A stretch of DNA of 64,000 bases. Origin: a virus. Its lineage: Duplodnaviria > Heunggongvirae > Uroviricota > Caudoviricetes. The stretch's first letter is position 1. Every line of letters starts with the position of its first letter. Below are positions 10,699 through 19,872 of this stretch, piece by piece. Below the pieces are notes generated by a model, which ran no database searches, was not told the DNA's origin, and saw only the letters and a program-made list of their open reading frames with translations. Made by a program: the position numbers and the translations under genes. The DNA lies in the IMG/VR virus record IMGVR_UViG_3300020050_006655, one strand, 5' to 3'.

Positions 10699-10933
10699 AA
10701 TGGGACATAATGATTCTGTTAAATGGTGGAATACCTTAAACAAAGCACAAAAAAATCACATACAAAAAACACACGGTAATATGAAAACAGCCGTGACAGG
10801 TTTTTCTAATTCAGAAAAATCTAATTTAATGAAACAATATCAACATGATTTAACTTTCTGTAATTTAAATACAGGAGATAAATACAAACAACAAAGTCCA
10901 ACACCAACAGATTGGACAGAATTTACAAAATGA
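10691..10933 (+). CDS. small hypothetical protein (80 aa)
   Basis: ORF overlapping its neighbours by a few nt. Confidence 0.3.
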   Translation: MYKMGHNDSVKWWNTLNKAQKNHIQKTHGNMKTAVTGFSNSEKSNLMKQYQHDLTFCNLNTGDKYKQQSPTPTDWTEFTK

Positions 10934-11526
10934 AAAATTATAAAAAAATTGCAATACTACTTATTCTTATAGGACTCGCTCTTGTAGGATATGCTACATA
11001 TCTTGAATTGTCACCTACTTTTGGTGAGAAGGAAGTTGCCAGATATTTCCATCACAACAATACAGAATATATCCACCAGATAGCCTTTATAGGTATGTGT
11101 ATGATTATTATTGGTATGGTGACACTTGGTTGGAAACATATTGTTCCAGTTATGTTTTTGTGTGTAACTCAAATTGGGTTTGCACAACAATCAGATAACA
11201 GTTTACTTGGATATACAACAAAGAATGATACGCTTATCAAAATGTCTGGTAAAGACATTCGCCAGAGTGATAAGAAAGAATTTTCTCGAACAAAATCTTT
11301 AGTTGCTTTTTATAAAGCAACAGAAAAGAAAGAAAATCGTGCTGGTCGTCCGTTTAGACCGTTAAAAGATAATGGATTACAAGTATTCTGGCGTAACATG
11401 CCTGTATTTGTCTTACAAAGAGAAAGGAAAGAAGGCGGAAAAAGAATCATTTATGATATTCATGTTGTTGCTTTTGAGCAACTTAGTGAAAACACAACTA
11501 CTTGGCAATGGGTTATAATTCAGTGA
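10912..11526 (+). CDS. membrane hypothetical protein (204 aa), paralog of 9286..9882
   Basis: Two transmembrane helices. C-terminal QVFWRNMPVFVLQ motif. Confidence 0.45.
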   Translation: MDRIYKMKNYKKIAILLILIGLALVGYATYLELSPTFGEKEVARYFHHNNTEYIHQIAFIGMCMIIIGMVTLGWKHIVPVMFLCVTQIGFAQQSDNSLLGYTTKNDTLIKMSGKDIRQSDKKEFSRTKSLVAFYKATEKKENRAGRPFRPLKDNGLQVFWRNMPVFVLQRERKEGGKRIIYDIHVVAFEQLSENTTTWQWVIIQ

Positions 11527-11747
11527 TAAAAAAAGTAACACAAATGATATTTAGTTCGGTCGTTGTTCTTTGTTTTTTAGCATTTTGCTTTGAAGATAAA
11601 GTAAAAGTAATAACCGAACAATATCAAGAATCACCCAATAAACAATATTTTATAACTCAAGTTGTGATGACAATCTTTCTTTGCGTTTTATGTGGAGAAG
11701 GTTTAGTTAAACTTGCTTATCTTATTCCAAGATGGCTAAAAAAGTAA
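11502..11747 (+). CDS. small membrane protein (81 aa)
   Basis: Hydrophobic ORF. Confidence 0.3.
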   Translation: MAMGYNSVIKKVTQMIFSSVVVLCFLAFCFEDKVKVITEQYQESPNKQYFITQVVMTIFLCVLCGEGLVKLAYLIPRWLKK

Positions 11748-11965
11748 AAGTAGGATATGCCTATAAAACAATGCCCGGCGGCATTAGAGTTTATTTATCA
11801 CAAATGGGTACAGATGATGCTGTAGGCCCATTTGACGCAATGATGATGCGTTATGATGAATTTAAGTCTAACTATTCAGGATCATACAAGTTTGAAGAAG
11901 AATTGGCTGGTAGTGATGAGACATTCACTGATGATTATACGGGTGATGCTTTAATAATGATATAA
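11732..11965 (+). CDS. small acidic hypothetical protein (77 aa)
   Basis: ORF. Confidence 0.3.
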   Translation: MAKKVKVGYAYKTMPGGIRVYLSQMGTDDAVGPFDAMMMRYDEFKSNYSGSYKFEEELAGSDETFTDDYTGDALIMI

Positions 11966-12171
11966 TGAAAAGATTAGACGATATTTTTATAGGATCCATG
12001 TTCTTGTCTTGGATATTAATGTTCATAGCAATGATGAGCAGGGTTACTATAAATCCGACTATACCAAGATTCTGTCCAAAAGGATGGTGTAAAGAATATG
12101 AAACATCTAAAGTACTTAAATGTACCAGATGTATTCCTTGGAACAATGACACTTTAACAATTAATAAATAG
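11965..12171 (+). CDS. small membrane/Cys-rich protein (68 aa)
   Basis: ORF with ATGA overlap. One transmembrane helix and a CxxC motif. Confidence 0.3.
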   Translation: MKRLDDIFIGSMFLSWILMFIAMMSRVTINPTIPRFCPKGWCKEYETSKVLKCTRCIPWNNDTLTINK

Positions 12172-13038
12172 ATGAACAAATTTAAAATTTTTGCGATTAT
12201 TGGAGGAATGATCTTGTTGTCAATGCTTTTAACAAAAGCCTGTTTGTATAAATATATTCAACCTAATGAGGTTGGTGTATGGATGACAAACGGTGGGATG
12301 AACGGAGCGTTAGATTACCAAGTTTGGACAGGCCATTTTCCTGTTGACTTTAATCCATTGACCAAATCATTTACGCTTCCAGCACAACCTTGGACAGTAG
12401 ACCTTCCTGAAAAGAAAGTTTATTCAAAAGAGAATGGTGAGTGGACAATTGATCCTTCTTTTACTTTTAGTATTGATAGGAGTCAAGCACCACTTGTATG
12501 TTGGAAGAATAATGCTCTTTTAGGGTCAGGGGATGAAAAGTTTCTTGAATCAGTAGGGAATCACATTCTTACACCACTTGTGAATAATGCTTTTATTGAG
12601 ATTCTTGGTGATAATCGTGATACAGTAATGATGAACGAGAAAGTCAAGATTCAAAAAATGCTTGAAGATTCGGTTCGTTCAGCCTTTAAGCGTGTTGGAT
12701 TTAATGTTGAGAATTTTGTTACTGGTGTTACACCACCAGAAGCGATTCTTAAAACAAATCAGGCTAAAAACAATGCCTTACAGGCAGTGTATAAAGCAAA
12801 GGCTGATGTTGAACAAGCAAATGCAGAAGCAGCAGTTAAAATAGCAACAGCCAATGCTGATGCTAAGGCTATGTTAGTGACAGCAGAAGCAGATGCTAAA
12901 GCAACACAAATGAAACAGCAAGTTCTTACACCATTGATGATTCAAAAACTTTGGATTGAAAAATGGGACGGGGCTTTACCGTATTATCAAACTGGTGGAA
13001 ATACTAGTATGTTAATGCAAATTCCAAACAAACAGTAA
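12172..13038 (+). CDS. SPFH/band-7 (prohibitin/HflK-like) domain membrane protein
   Basis: N-terminal transmembrane helix. The Ala/Lys/Glu-rich C-terminal segment AKADVEQANAEAAVKIATANADAKAMLVTAEADAKA is typical of SPFH-domain tails. Confidence 0.45.
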   Translation: MNKFKIFAIIGGMILLSMLLTKACLYKYIQPNEVGVWMTNGGMNGALDYQVWTGHFPVDFNPLTKSFTLPAQPWTVDLPEKKVYSKENGEWTIDPSFTFSIDRSQAPLVCWKNNALLGSGDEKFLESVGNHILTPLVNNAFIEILGDNRDTVMMNEKVKIQKMLEDSVRSAFKRVGFNVENFVTGVTPPEAILKTNQAKNNALQAVYKAKADVEQANAEAAVKIATANADAKAMLVTAEADAKATQMKQQVLTPLMIQKLWIEKWDGALPYYQTGGNTSMLMQIPNKQ

Positions 13039-13158
13039 AAACCAAAGGATAATAATAGTATAGCGTATCAGGTTAATAGGCTTGTAAGATTCTGAATGGT
13101 TGACGCTATTATATCGTGGTTTTTAAGGAACTTCCTACTTGCCAGAAGTTCCGATTTA

Positions 13159-13247
13159 GGAGAGGTGACAGAGTCCGGTTTAATGTAGCAGTCTTGAAAA
13201 CTGCCGAACCATCAATGGTTCCGTGGGTTCAAATCCCACTCTCTCCG
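13159..13247 (+). tRNA. tRNA-Ser (anticodon TGA), class II
   Basis: Acceptor ggagagg/tctctcc. Anticodon stem gcagt/actgc with loop cttgaaa. Long variable arm. T arm gtggg-ttcaaat-cccac. Confidence 0.7.
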
Positions 13248-13272
13248 CATTTTTAAAATTAAAAATAAAAAC

Positions 13273-13689
13273 ATGAATAAATTAATTATTGCTTTATTGG
13301 ATTTGGAAAACACAACAACCCAAATACCAATGTTTGAGGATGTCCTCAAACAAGCATACAACAAACAAATCACTTATCTCCCTATTGCTATGGAAACAAC
13401 TAACCCTATTTATTATAGGAATGTTTGTTCTGTACCAGCAGGACGTTGGTGTAGAAATGGAGAACCTGGAACTTACCAAGGCTTTCGTTATGAAGGCTTA
13501 ACTGATGACCGTCGGGCTATAAATGCTTTCATGTCAGATGCTTTTAATATGGTTAAACTTATTGCTGCTGGTAGAAATCAGATTGTAGTTTTACATAGTG
13601 AGACGTATGTTCGTGAAGCAACAATGTTGACAACTCTGATTAAAGGACTACAACTCGAATGTGAAGTAATACAAACTACAGAACTATGA
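13273..13689 (+). CDS. hypothetical protein (138 aa)
   Basis: ORF. Confidence 0.4.
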   Translation: MNKLIIALLDLENTTTQIPMFEDVLKQAYNKQITYLPIAMETTNPIYYRNVCSVPAGRWCRNGEPGTYQGFRYEGLTDDRRAINAFMSDAFNMVKLIAAGRNQIVVLHSETYVREATMLTTLIKGLQLECEVIQTTEL

Positions 13690-13862
13690 TAACAGGTTAT
13701 GTTATTTTTGCATTACTAACTTCTATAATAGAAGGATGTAGAGAAGGTATTAAAGGACATGGTGTTAGTTACCAAGTAATATGTTATTTAATTCTTTATT
13801 CTATATTTTGGCCGTTATATTGGGGAATTCATCTTGGTTTTATTTGTATTGATAAAAAATGA
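13686..13862 (+). CDS. small 2-TM membrane protein (58 aa), paralog of next gene
   Basis: Manually translated: MITGYVIFALLTSIIEG...FWPLYWGIHLGF. ATGA overlaps at both ends. Confidence 0.3.
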   Translation: MITGYVIFALLTSIIEGCREGIKGHGVSYQVICYLILYSIFWPLYWGIHLGFICIDKK

Positions 13863-14041
13863 TTTACTATTTTACGATAGGATTTATAGTAGCAATTTGG
13901 TCTATCGAGTCTTTTAAAAAGACAGAGAAAAGAAAGTTAAGTTTTAAACATGTAATTATACTATTATTTATTATGACTTTTTGGCCGTTTCATATAGTCC
14001 TCTGGTTAAAGAAATTATACACACTCTCCAATAGGAAGTAA
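13859..14041 (+). CDS. small 2-TM membrane protein (60 aa)
   Basis: ORF. Shares the FWP motif with 13686..13862. Confidence 0.3.
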   Translation: MIYYFTIGFIVAIWSIESFKKTEKRKLSFKHVIILLFIMTFWPFHIVLWLKKLYTLSNRK

Positions 14042-14175
14042 ACAATGGGTCGTGCCGATGTGAAGTAATGGCACAGGGAGAGTTCTTGGTAAATTACCAA
14101 AAACCATTACACAACGGAATTTAGGATCTGTCTTATTCTTCTCTTATTCCGTAGAAGTTGACAGATTTTATTAAA

Positions 14176-14247
14176 GCCTGTATAGCTCAATGGTAGAGCA
14201 GTTGATTTGTAATCAACAGGTTGGGGGTTCGAGTCCCTCTATAGGCT
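14176..14247 (+). tRNA. tRNA-Thr (anticodon TGT)
   Basis: Acceptor gcctgta/tataggc. D arm gctc-aatggta-gagc. Anticodon stem gttga/tcaac with loop tttgtaa. T arm ggggg-ttcgagt-ccctc. Confidence 0.7.
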
Positions 14248-14282
14248 CATTTTTCATTCATTAAAATTATCACTACAACAAC

Positions 14283-14555
14283 ATGAAAAGTATCTTATTG
14301 TTTTTTTGCATTATTCCATCGTTCATTTTTGCACAGAAATGTGTGAAAGTAGAATCATTGATGGATATTAAACAATCTATTGTAGTAGAAACTACAATTA
14401 GTAAATTGAAACTTCAAACTTATGGTCAGAGACAACTGGAAGGAAATGTTTCTTTTCCAGTATTTGTTTCTCCAGAAGGAGACGAATATATTCTTAAACT
14501 TTACAATAAAAAACCTGTCTTTGAAAAGATTGACGGGTATTATATGTTCCCATGA
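14283..14555 (+). CDS. small secreted hypothetical protein (90 aa)
   Basis: N-terminal signal-peptide-like hydrophobic segment. Confidence 0.35.
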   Translation: MKSILLFFCIIPSFIFAQKCVKVESLMDIKQSIVVETTISKLKLQTYGQRQLEGNVSFPVFVSPEGDEYILKLYNKKPVFEKIDGYYMFP

Positions 14556-15157
14556 TAGCAATAGCACAATACTTCCATTACAAGATAGTGGAAACAATGC
14601 CGCTTGAAAAACTTGAGGATTTTAAAGATCATCACAGACTTCAAGTCTTTTACCACAAAGGTTGCAAATGTGTACAGTGTGGTATTGAGGGTACACAATT
14701 AGCAGTTGGCATTGGAAGAAACAGCACACATATTGATGTTTACACGGATGATTTTTACCCGTTGACGGTAGATCATATTCAACCTAAATCTTTAGGTGGA
14801 TCAGATGATCTATCTAATCTACAACCAATGTGTTGTTTGTGTAATTGGTCTAAAGGAAACGGAATAAATCCAGCAAGACCAAATAGATCTAAATACCCAA
14901 GCGATAAACCTTTACAGCAAGTACAACCTCAAGGTATTCCATTTAGTAGACTTCATAAACATCAAGTTGTTCTTGTAACAGAAAATACAGTAAAATTAGG
15001 AAAAAAGGTTTATAGAAGAAAAGACAATAACACTTATAAACTACTTGGTGTTATTACTGAAATAACTATTAGCCCTAAAACAAACGAACCTTCTGTAAAA
15101 GTAGCAGATAAACCTGATTCATTTTTTCACATTCGATCAATTTATTTTAAAAAATGA
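14552..15157 (+). CDS. HNH endonuclease
   Basis: CxxC ... TVDHIQPKSLGGSDDLSNLQPMCCLCNWSKGN matches the HNH catalytic motif (DH...N...CxxCN). Confidence 0.6.
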   Translation: MIAIAQYFHYKIVETMPLEKLEDFKDHHRLQVFYHKGCKCVQCGIEGTQLAVGIGRNSTHIDVYTDDFYPLTVDHIQPKSLGGSDDLSNLQPMCCLCNWSKGNGINPARPNRSKYPSDKPLQQVQPQGIPFSRLHKHQVVLVTENTVKLGKKVYRRKDNNTYKLLGVITEITISPKTNEPSVKVADKPDSFFHIRSIYFKK

Positions 15158-16011
15158 AAACATACGGTGATTTTCCCGAAATTATTCGGGAAGTACTTAA
15201 AATAAGAGTTGGGGCAAAATATAATCACGGAACAAAAAGTACTGCTAATACAAGAGGTGATGGTTTTGAGTGGGAAGATTCTCCCGAAGGTTTTGATTTT
15301 TGGGATGAAATATTAAAGTTTGAAAAAATTGAAGTATTCTTTAACAAATATCCTTTGAGTCATTCATTATATCCATGTAACCAACGCGATAAGTGTATAG
15401 CCCGTGTAGATATAGCGTTTGAAGGAGTAGATATAAAACGTGGTACTATTATAAAGAATAGTTTAGGTCATTTACTACACCGTTTATGTGATTACAATTG
15501 CTACATGAAACAGTTTAACCTTAATCCACAACAAGAAGAAAATCCTTTTAACATTGATTATTCCAAATCAGATTGGTGGAAAATTCTTGAAGAAGGTGAT
15601 GAAGTAATTGTTGTGGGGTTAACAAATACTTTAGGTGTTGAATGGCAATACCTTGAAACAGGTACAGTTTTGAAAGTTACAAATAAAGACGTTCGTGAAA
15701 TAGAAAAAAATGAGCATCTTGTCTGTTTTGACAATAATCGTTGTGTTGTTAATTTCACCTACAACATGGTAAAACTACACAAAAAGAAAAATAAACAATC
15801 ACATAATTACAATTTTAATACACATGACGTATCAACAGATTCTGGAACAGTCAGACAACCAATTGGAACAGGAAGCATTAGTGTTCCGGGTGGCAAATGC
15901 CAAATTGCAAATTCAAGCAGACTTGCTGGAACAGCAAAAAGCATTGTCCCTAGCCCGCCAACAACTAAAACTGGTTTACTTTCGCCCGTTCAACTCATCA
16001 AGCATCATTGA
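15154..16011 (+). CDS. hypothetical protein (285 aa)
   Basis: ORF with ATGA overlap to the HNH gene. Confidence 0.45.
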   Translation: MKTYGDFPEIIREVLKIRVGAKYNHGTKSTANTRGDGFEWEDSPEGFDFWDEILKFEKIEVFFNKYPLSHSLYPCNQRDKCIARVDIAFEGVDIKRGTIIKNSLGHLLHRLCDYNCYMKQFNLNPQQEENPFNIDYSKSDWWKILEEGDEVIVVGLTNTLGVEWQYLETGTVLKVTNKDVREIEKNEHLVCFDNNRCVVNFTYNMVKLHKKKNKQSHNYNFNTHDVSTDSGTVRQPIGTGSISVPGGKCQIANSSRLAGTAKSIVPSPPTTKTGLLSPVQLIKHH

Positions 16012-16090
16012 CGCTAAGATGGTTGTTAAAGCGTTGGAGAACGGCTTAAAAGAATTGGAAGAACTGCAAGCAGAATTATTTCCTGCTTAA
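15824..16090 (+). CDS. small coiled-coil protein ending ...ELFPA (88 aa), overlaps 3' end of 15154..16011 in another frame
   Basis: C-terminal motif is shared with 18940..19254. Both lie immediately upstream of a tRNA or tRNA-like element. Confidence 0.25.
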   Translation: MTYQQILEQSDNQLEQEALVFRVANAKLQIQADLLEQQKALSLARQQLKLVYFRPFNSSSIIDAKMVVKALENGLKELEELQAELFPA

Positions 16091-16259
16091 ACAAACATGA
16101 TTTACATACTTCTGGTTGAGCAAGACCCAGACATCATTTTGATGTGGAATTAGAGCAAGGGTGCAAATCCCTTCCAATCTATAAGAATAACACTTTAGTT
16201 ATTTTGGTTGTATCGGGTATGTAAATCTCTTTTAAACAATTTTAAATTCAAATTATATT

Positions 16260-16589
16260 ATGAAACGTCCAAACGGAATTTCACTTTTTTTTGGTAAAGA
16301 TCGGTATGATCGTATTGCCAAATTCTTCACCCCTGTTCTGTTCTTCCTTTGCCTAAGCATTTGTGTTTTTGGTCAACAAGGAGTAAAGCAAAACTGGTCA
16401 ACCAAACCAGTTGCAACCGTTGAAAGTCTAACCAAAGACGCAAAAGTATTTGATACTTTTGTAGACGGTGGAACAGTATATCTTCGTAATAAACCTGATG
16501 ATAAGGGTCAAGATTATCATTTTATCATTGTTCAAAAAAAAGATGGTACGTTGAGTAAAAAACGTATCTATCCGATACTAAACCAGTAA
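16260..16589 (+). CDS. membrane/secreted hypothetical protein (109 aa)
   Basis: ORF with a transmembrane helix. Confidence 0.4.
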   Translation: MKRPNGISLFFGKDRYDRIAKFFTPVLFFLCLSICVFGQQGVKQNWSTKPVATVESLTKDAKVFDTFVDGGTVYLRNKPDDKGQDYHFIIVQKKDGTLSKKRIYPILNQ

Positions 16590-16593
16590 ATCT

Positions 16594-17232
16594 ATGAAAG
16601 CATTCATTTTTTTATTCATGCTGGTTTTTATGGGTTTGGGGTGTGTTGAACACCCTGAACCTATACCGGTATTACAGCCAGAAGTATATTTCCCTAAAGA
16701 ACAACCAAGAGATACAGGTATATACCTCATCTGGTGGTCTGTTCAATTCAGAGAAGGTTATAGTAGTGAAGTATATATCTGTCCCGGTGGTAAAAAATCG
16801 TCAGGATTTGGGAATACACACAATCCTAAGACTACTACTGAACGTGAAGCAGCATACACATTATATGATACGCTGTATTATTATTATAGTGTAGTATCAA
16901 ACAAGTATCCAAGTTTGTCTGAACAACAGAAGTGGGCTGTAGTTAGTATTGCTGCAAATTGCAGGTGGAATAGTATTTTTGGTAAAAATAGTTCTTTTAA
17001 TAAGGCACTGTTAAACCAATCTGTTCCACCATTTGAGTTATATTGTTACGATGGGAAAGGTAATAAGCGTATGAATCTGCTACAAAGCAGGTTGTACGAA
17101 AAAGCCTTATTTACTCATTCAGATAGTCTTATATGGATAAATCCATATCGAGATTATACTGATGAGGAAACAACGGTTTTTGATTTACAAATCTGGTATA
17201 AATACCATTATAAAGATCGTTATGGTAGTTAA
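16594..17232 (+). CDS. putative lipoprotein (212 aa)
   Basis: Signal peptide with a lipobox-like sequence FMGLGC. Confidence 0.45.
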   Translation: MKAFIFLFMLVFMGLGCVEHPEPIPVLQPEVYFPKEQPRDTGIYLIWWSVQFREGYSSEVYICPGGKKSSGFGNTHNPKTTTEREAAYTLYDTLYYYYSVVSNKYPSLSEQQKWAVVSIAANCRWNSIFGKNSSFNKALLNQSVPPFELYCYDGKGNKRMNLLQSRLYEKALFTHSDSLIWINPYRDYTDEETTVFDLQIWYKYHYKDRYGS

Positions 17233-17536
17233 ACTTAATAAGGAATTTTGGTTAAGGCTAAAAGAAATCTATGAACCAAGTACTAATACGATATACACTC
17301 CCGGTTTTTGTTATTTCAGTAAAGAATTTGAAAGTCTTTGGATGACATCACAAGACCAAGATGTTATTGATTTAACAAACCAGTTTTTAGAATCAAAAGA
17401 AGGAAAACCGTTTTCTGATTTATTTCGGACTGATAGTAAATTTTTATTTGTGTGTGCAAAAACAGTTACAGTATCTGAACAAATTGAAGTAAGAAAACAA
17501 TTTCTTGAATGGGTAATAAAACACAGCAATGAGTAA
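17222..17536 (+). CDS. member of KEFW...FLxW paralog family (start moved to Met overlapping upstream stop)
   Basis: Repeat motif KEFWLRLKEIYEP...FLEWVIKH is shared with four neighbouring genes or repeats. Confidence 0.4.
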   Translation: MVVKLNKEFWLRLKEIYEPSTNTIYTPGFCYFSKEFESLWMTSQDQDVIDLTNQFLESKEGKPFSDLFRTDSKFLFVCAKTVTVSEQIEVRKQFLEWVIKHSNE

Positions 17537-17831
17537 CATAAACAAAAAATTGCTATTAGCAATTCAAGCAGAATATCAACCTACCAATGAGGATTATTTT
17601 CTTTGTGATTCTTCTTCTACATTTAAAAGATTATGGTCTAAAGATCGAAACGAGATTAGGGATTTAGCAAGATCTTTTATGGAAATTAAAGAAGAATATG
17701 ATGATTTTTTCTTTGTGGGGTCTGGTGTTTTGTTTGTTCATCATACAGGACTATCTTTTGAATCTGTAGATCAAAAAATACAAATACGTCGAGATTTTCT
17801 TGACTGGTTGATAAAACAAACAGAAGCATGA
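17529..17831 (+). CDS. member of the same paralog family (100 aa)
   Basis: ...YFLCDSSSTFKRLW...RRDFLDWLIKQ. Confidence 0.4.
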   Translation: MSNINKKLLLAIQAEYQPTNEDYFLCDSSSTFKRLWSKDRNEIRDLARSFMEIKEEYDDFFFVGSGVLFVHHTGLSFESVDQKIQIRRDFLDWLIKQTEA

Positions 17832-18457
17832 TACACAATAATATAAAACATAAAGAATTCTGGATAAAAGTTCAAGAAGAATATTCATCTTGCGAAGAAG
17901 ATGAAACATATTTTTGGCTTTGTGAAAGATCTCCGTTGTTCAAGGAGGAATGGCAAGATGATTCTTTTTGCGGGGAGATAAGACAACTTGCGACAGGATT
18001 CTTGTCTCAATTTCCAGAATCTTATGAAGACTTAACTGTAGGATCTGGATTACTTTTTACTTCAAAATCTATGACCGTTGGTATAGAATTAAAAAGACAA
18101 GTGAGACTTGATTTTTTAAAGTATATGATTGATACAACCCCATCGTTTTGGGAAGTTGTAAAACAAGAATATAAAGGGGCGGAAGAAAAATATCCCTGTT
18201 CTCCCTTTATTTGTGATAATTCTCCTACATTTAGAAAAGAATGGGAAACATCAACATCTGAAATATATCAACATGCCATTTTGTTCATAAAAACAACAAA
18301 AAAACCTGTTTATGTAGTTCAAGATACAGGTGCTTTATTTACTATTAGGTCTTCAAAGTTAAGAATTCAGTTTTTAGAATACATGACTCGTAAACCAAAA
18401 GAAAAATTTTGGATTAGGATTAAAAGATTTGTTTATGAAACATTTAAAAACATTTGA
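17828..18457 (+). CDS. tandem-duplicated member of the paralog family (209 aa, two repeats)
   Basis: Two internal copies: KEFWIKVQEEY...LDFLKYMI and SFWEVVKQEY...IQFLEYMT. Confidence 0.45.
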   Translation: MIHNNIKHKEFWIKVQEEYSSCEEDETYFWLCERSPLFKEEWQDDSFCGEIRQLATGFLSQFPESYEDLTVGSGLLFTSKSMTVGIELKRQVRLDFLKYMIDTTPSFWEVVKQEYKGAEEKYPCSPFICDNSPTFRKEWETSTSEIYQHAILFIKTTKKPVYVVQDTGALFTIRSSKLRIQFLEYMTRKPKEKFWIRIKRFVYETFKNI

Positions 18458-19082
18458 TGTAGACGGTAAACAATACTTTGATGAATCTGTTTATGAGATA
18501 GGTGATTATGCTGTTGTAAAAGAAGAAGGTGCTGTATGGCCAGTTAGTACAATTCTTAGATGCTTAGATGAAGCAAGAAATGGTCTACCAGCATATTTTG
18601 AAAGAAAGGGTTCCAAAGAGGAAGCATTACAACATCCTGAATATATTCAGCCATTGTGGATTTATAATAGTGAAATGATTGCAAAGTATTTGGAAAGAGG
18701 TTATCAGATTAGAAACCAAGTAAATACCACAATACCACAGGATATTTTAGTACAATTATTAAAATATCACAATAGTAGAGTATGTCTCTCTTCAAACAAT
18801 TATAAAGAAATAAGAGTATCTCTGTTATTTCATACAGGAGAATCTAAAATGTACCAGATTGATAACTGTGACTCAAAAGATCAAATGTATGAAAAACTTA
18901 AAATTGAACCAACAACAATAAAAATTATTAACAAAGAATATGAAAGACAACACACAACAAACAGTAGTGTCCATCAAGGACACGAACTTTTTATCCTTCG
19001 CGGAACGGCAGTTATTGAGCAAGGAAACAGTACAACAGGAAGATCTTGCAGTATTGGTAATCGAGCGAAAATCATCGTTTGA
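18429..19082 (+). CDS. hypothetical protein (217 aa)
   Basis: ORF. Confidence 0.45.
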   Translation: MFMKHLKTFDVDGKQYFDESVYEIGDYAVVKEEGAVWPVSTILRCLDEARNGLPAYFERKGSKEEALQHPEYIQPLWIYNSEMIAKYLERGYQIRNQVNTTIPQDILVQLLKYHNSRVCLSSNNYKEIRVSLLFHTGESKMYQIDNCDSKDQMYEKLKIEPTTIKIINKEYERQHTTNSSVHQGHELFILRGTAVIEQGNSTTGRSCSIGNRAKIIV

Positions 19083-19254
19083 AATTAGCATTGCTAAAAC
19101 AAAGCAAAGTATTGCTGCTAAAAACCGAGATTTTCAGACTTTTCTACGTGACGGTAATCCTGTTAAAATCGTAGAAACAGCAAGTGAAATTGAAAGTCTT
19201 GAGAAAGGTCTTGAATTGCTTGAAAAATACTACAAGATTCTTTTTCCTGCTTAA
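18940..19254 (+). CDS. small coiled-coil protein ending ...ILFPA (104 aa), alternate frame over 3' end of 18429..19082
   Basis: Paralog of 15824..16090. Ends 25 nt before tRNA-Arg. Confidence 0.25.
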   Translation: MKDNTQQTVVSIKDTNFLSFAERQLLSKETVQQEDLAVLVIERKSSFEISIAKTKQSIAAKNRDFQTFLRDGNPVKIVETASEIESLEKGLELLEKYYKILFPA

Positions 19255-19279
19255 CTAATAAATCTCAAAAAACCAAAAC

Positions 19280-19351
19280 GCACCCGTAGCTCAATGGATG
19301 AGCAATTCACTTCTAATGAATAGGTTACAAGTTCGAGTCTTGTCGGGTGTA
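19280..19351 (+). tRNA. tRNA-Arg (anticodon TCT)
   Basis: Acceptor gcacccg/cgggtgt. D arm gctc-aatggat-gagc. Anticodon stem attca/tgaat with loop cttctaa. T arm acaag-ttcgagt-cttgt. Confidence 0.7.
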
Positions 19352-19386
19352 CTAATCAAAATATAAAAAAAAAGAATAACTAAAAC

Positions 19387-19722
19387 ATGAATATTTTAAC
19401 AAAAGAGTTTTGGTTACAAGTTCAAGAAGAATTTGAAGAAAACCCTTCACATTTCTTATGTTGGGCAAGTGATACTTTTGAACGTGCTTTTACTCTTAGT
19501 AATATTAATGCAGAAAATTATTTTGCAGATCTTGCTGAAACATTTTTAAACGAGCATCCACAATGGGCGGCGTGTTTTAAGTCTTTAAACAACTATTGTC
19601 TTTTATTTAAAACGCGTGATCCTGCTAATACACCAAATTCTCTACGTCAACAAGTTAGAAAAGAATTTGTTGACTGGATGGTTCAAAAATTAAATACTAA
19701 AGATGACAAAACAAGAAATTGA
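19387..19722 (+). CDS. member of KEFW...FVDW paralog family (111 aa)
   Basis: KEFWLQVQEEFEENPSHFLCWASDTFERAF...RKEFVDWMVQK. Confidence 0.4.
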   Translation: MNILTKEFWLQVQEEFEENPSHFLCWASDTFERAFTLSNINAENYFADLAETFLNEHPQWAACFKSLNNYCLLFKTRDPANTPNSLRQQVRKEFVDWMVQKLNTKDDKTRN

Positions 19723-19867
19723 ACAAAAAATTGCAGACTACAAAAAAGTCATGGAACAAAATTCTGACAACATTCAGGTGATAGTTCACTGTGGTGATAA
19801 AATACTTGATCTTGAAGCACAGTTGGAAGGAATCCAAAACCCAATAGTTTATTTACCACCACAATAA
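19703..19867 (+). CDS. small protein (54 aa, MTKQEIEQKIADYKK...LEGIQNPIVYLPPQ)
   Basis: Manually translated. Ends 5 nt before tRNA-Met. Loosely similar to the ...LFPA small proteins. Confidence 0.2.
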   Translation: MTKQEIEQKIADYKKVMEQNSDNIQVIVHCGDKILDLEAQLEGIQNPIVYLPPQ

Positions 19868-19872
19868 CCAAA

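Noticed and set aside
12980-13130. Terminator downstream of the SPFH gene
   Set aside because: There is a 7-bp stem with a 36-nt loop and a weak T-run. It is not a convincing intrinsic terminator.
16095-16180. Possible eighth tRNA
   Set aside because: It has three hairpins and a T-arm-like aaggg-tgcaaat-ccctt, but no 7-bp acceptor stem and the anticodon loop is not 7 nt. I kept it as a tRNA-like remnant in the findings rather than as a tRNA feature.
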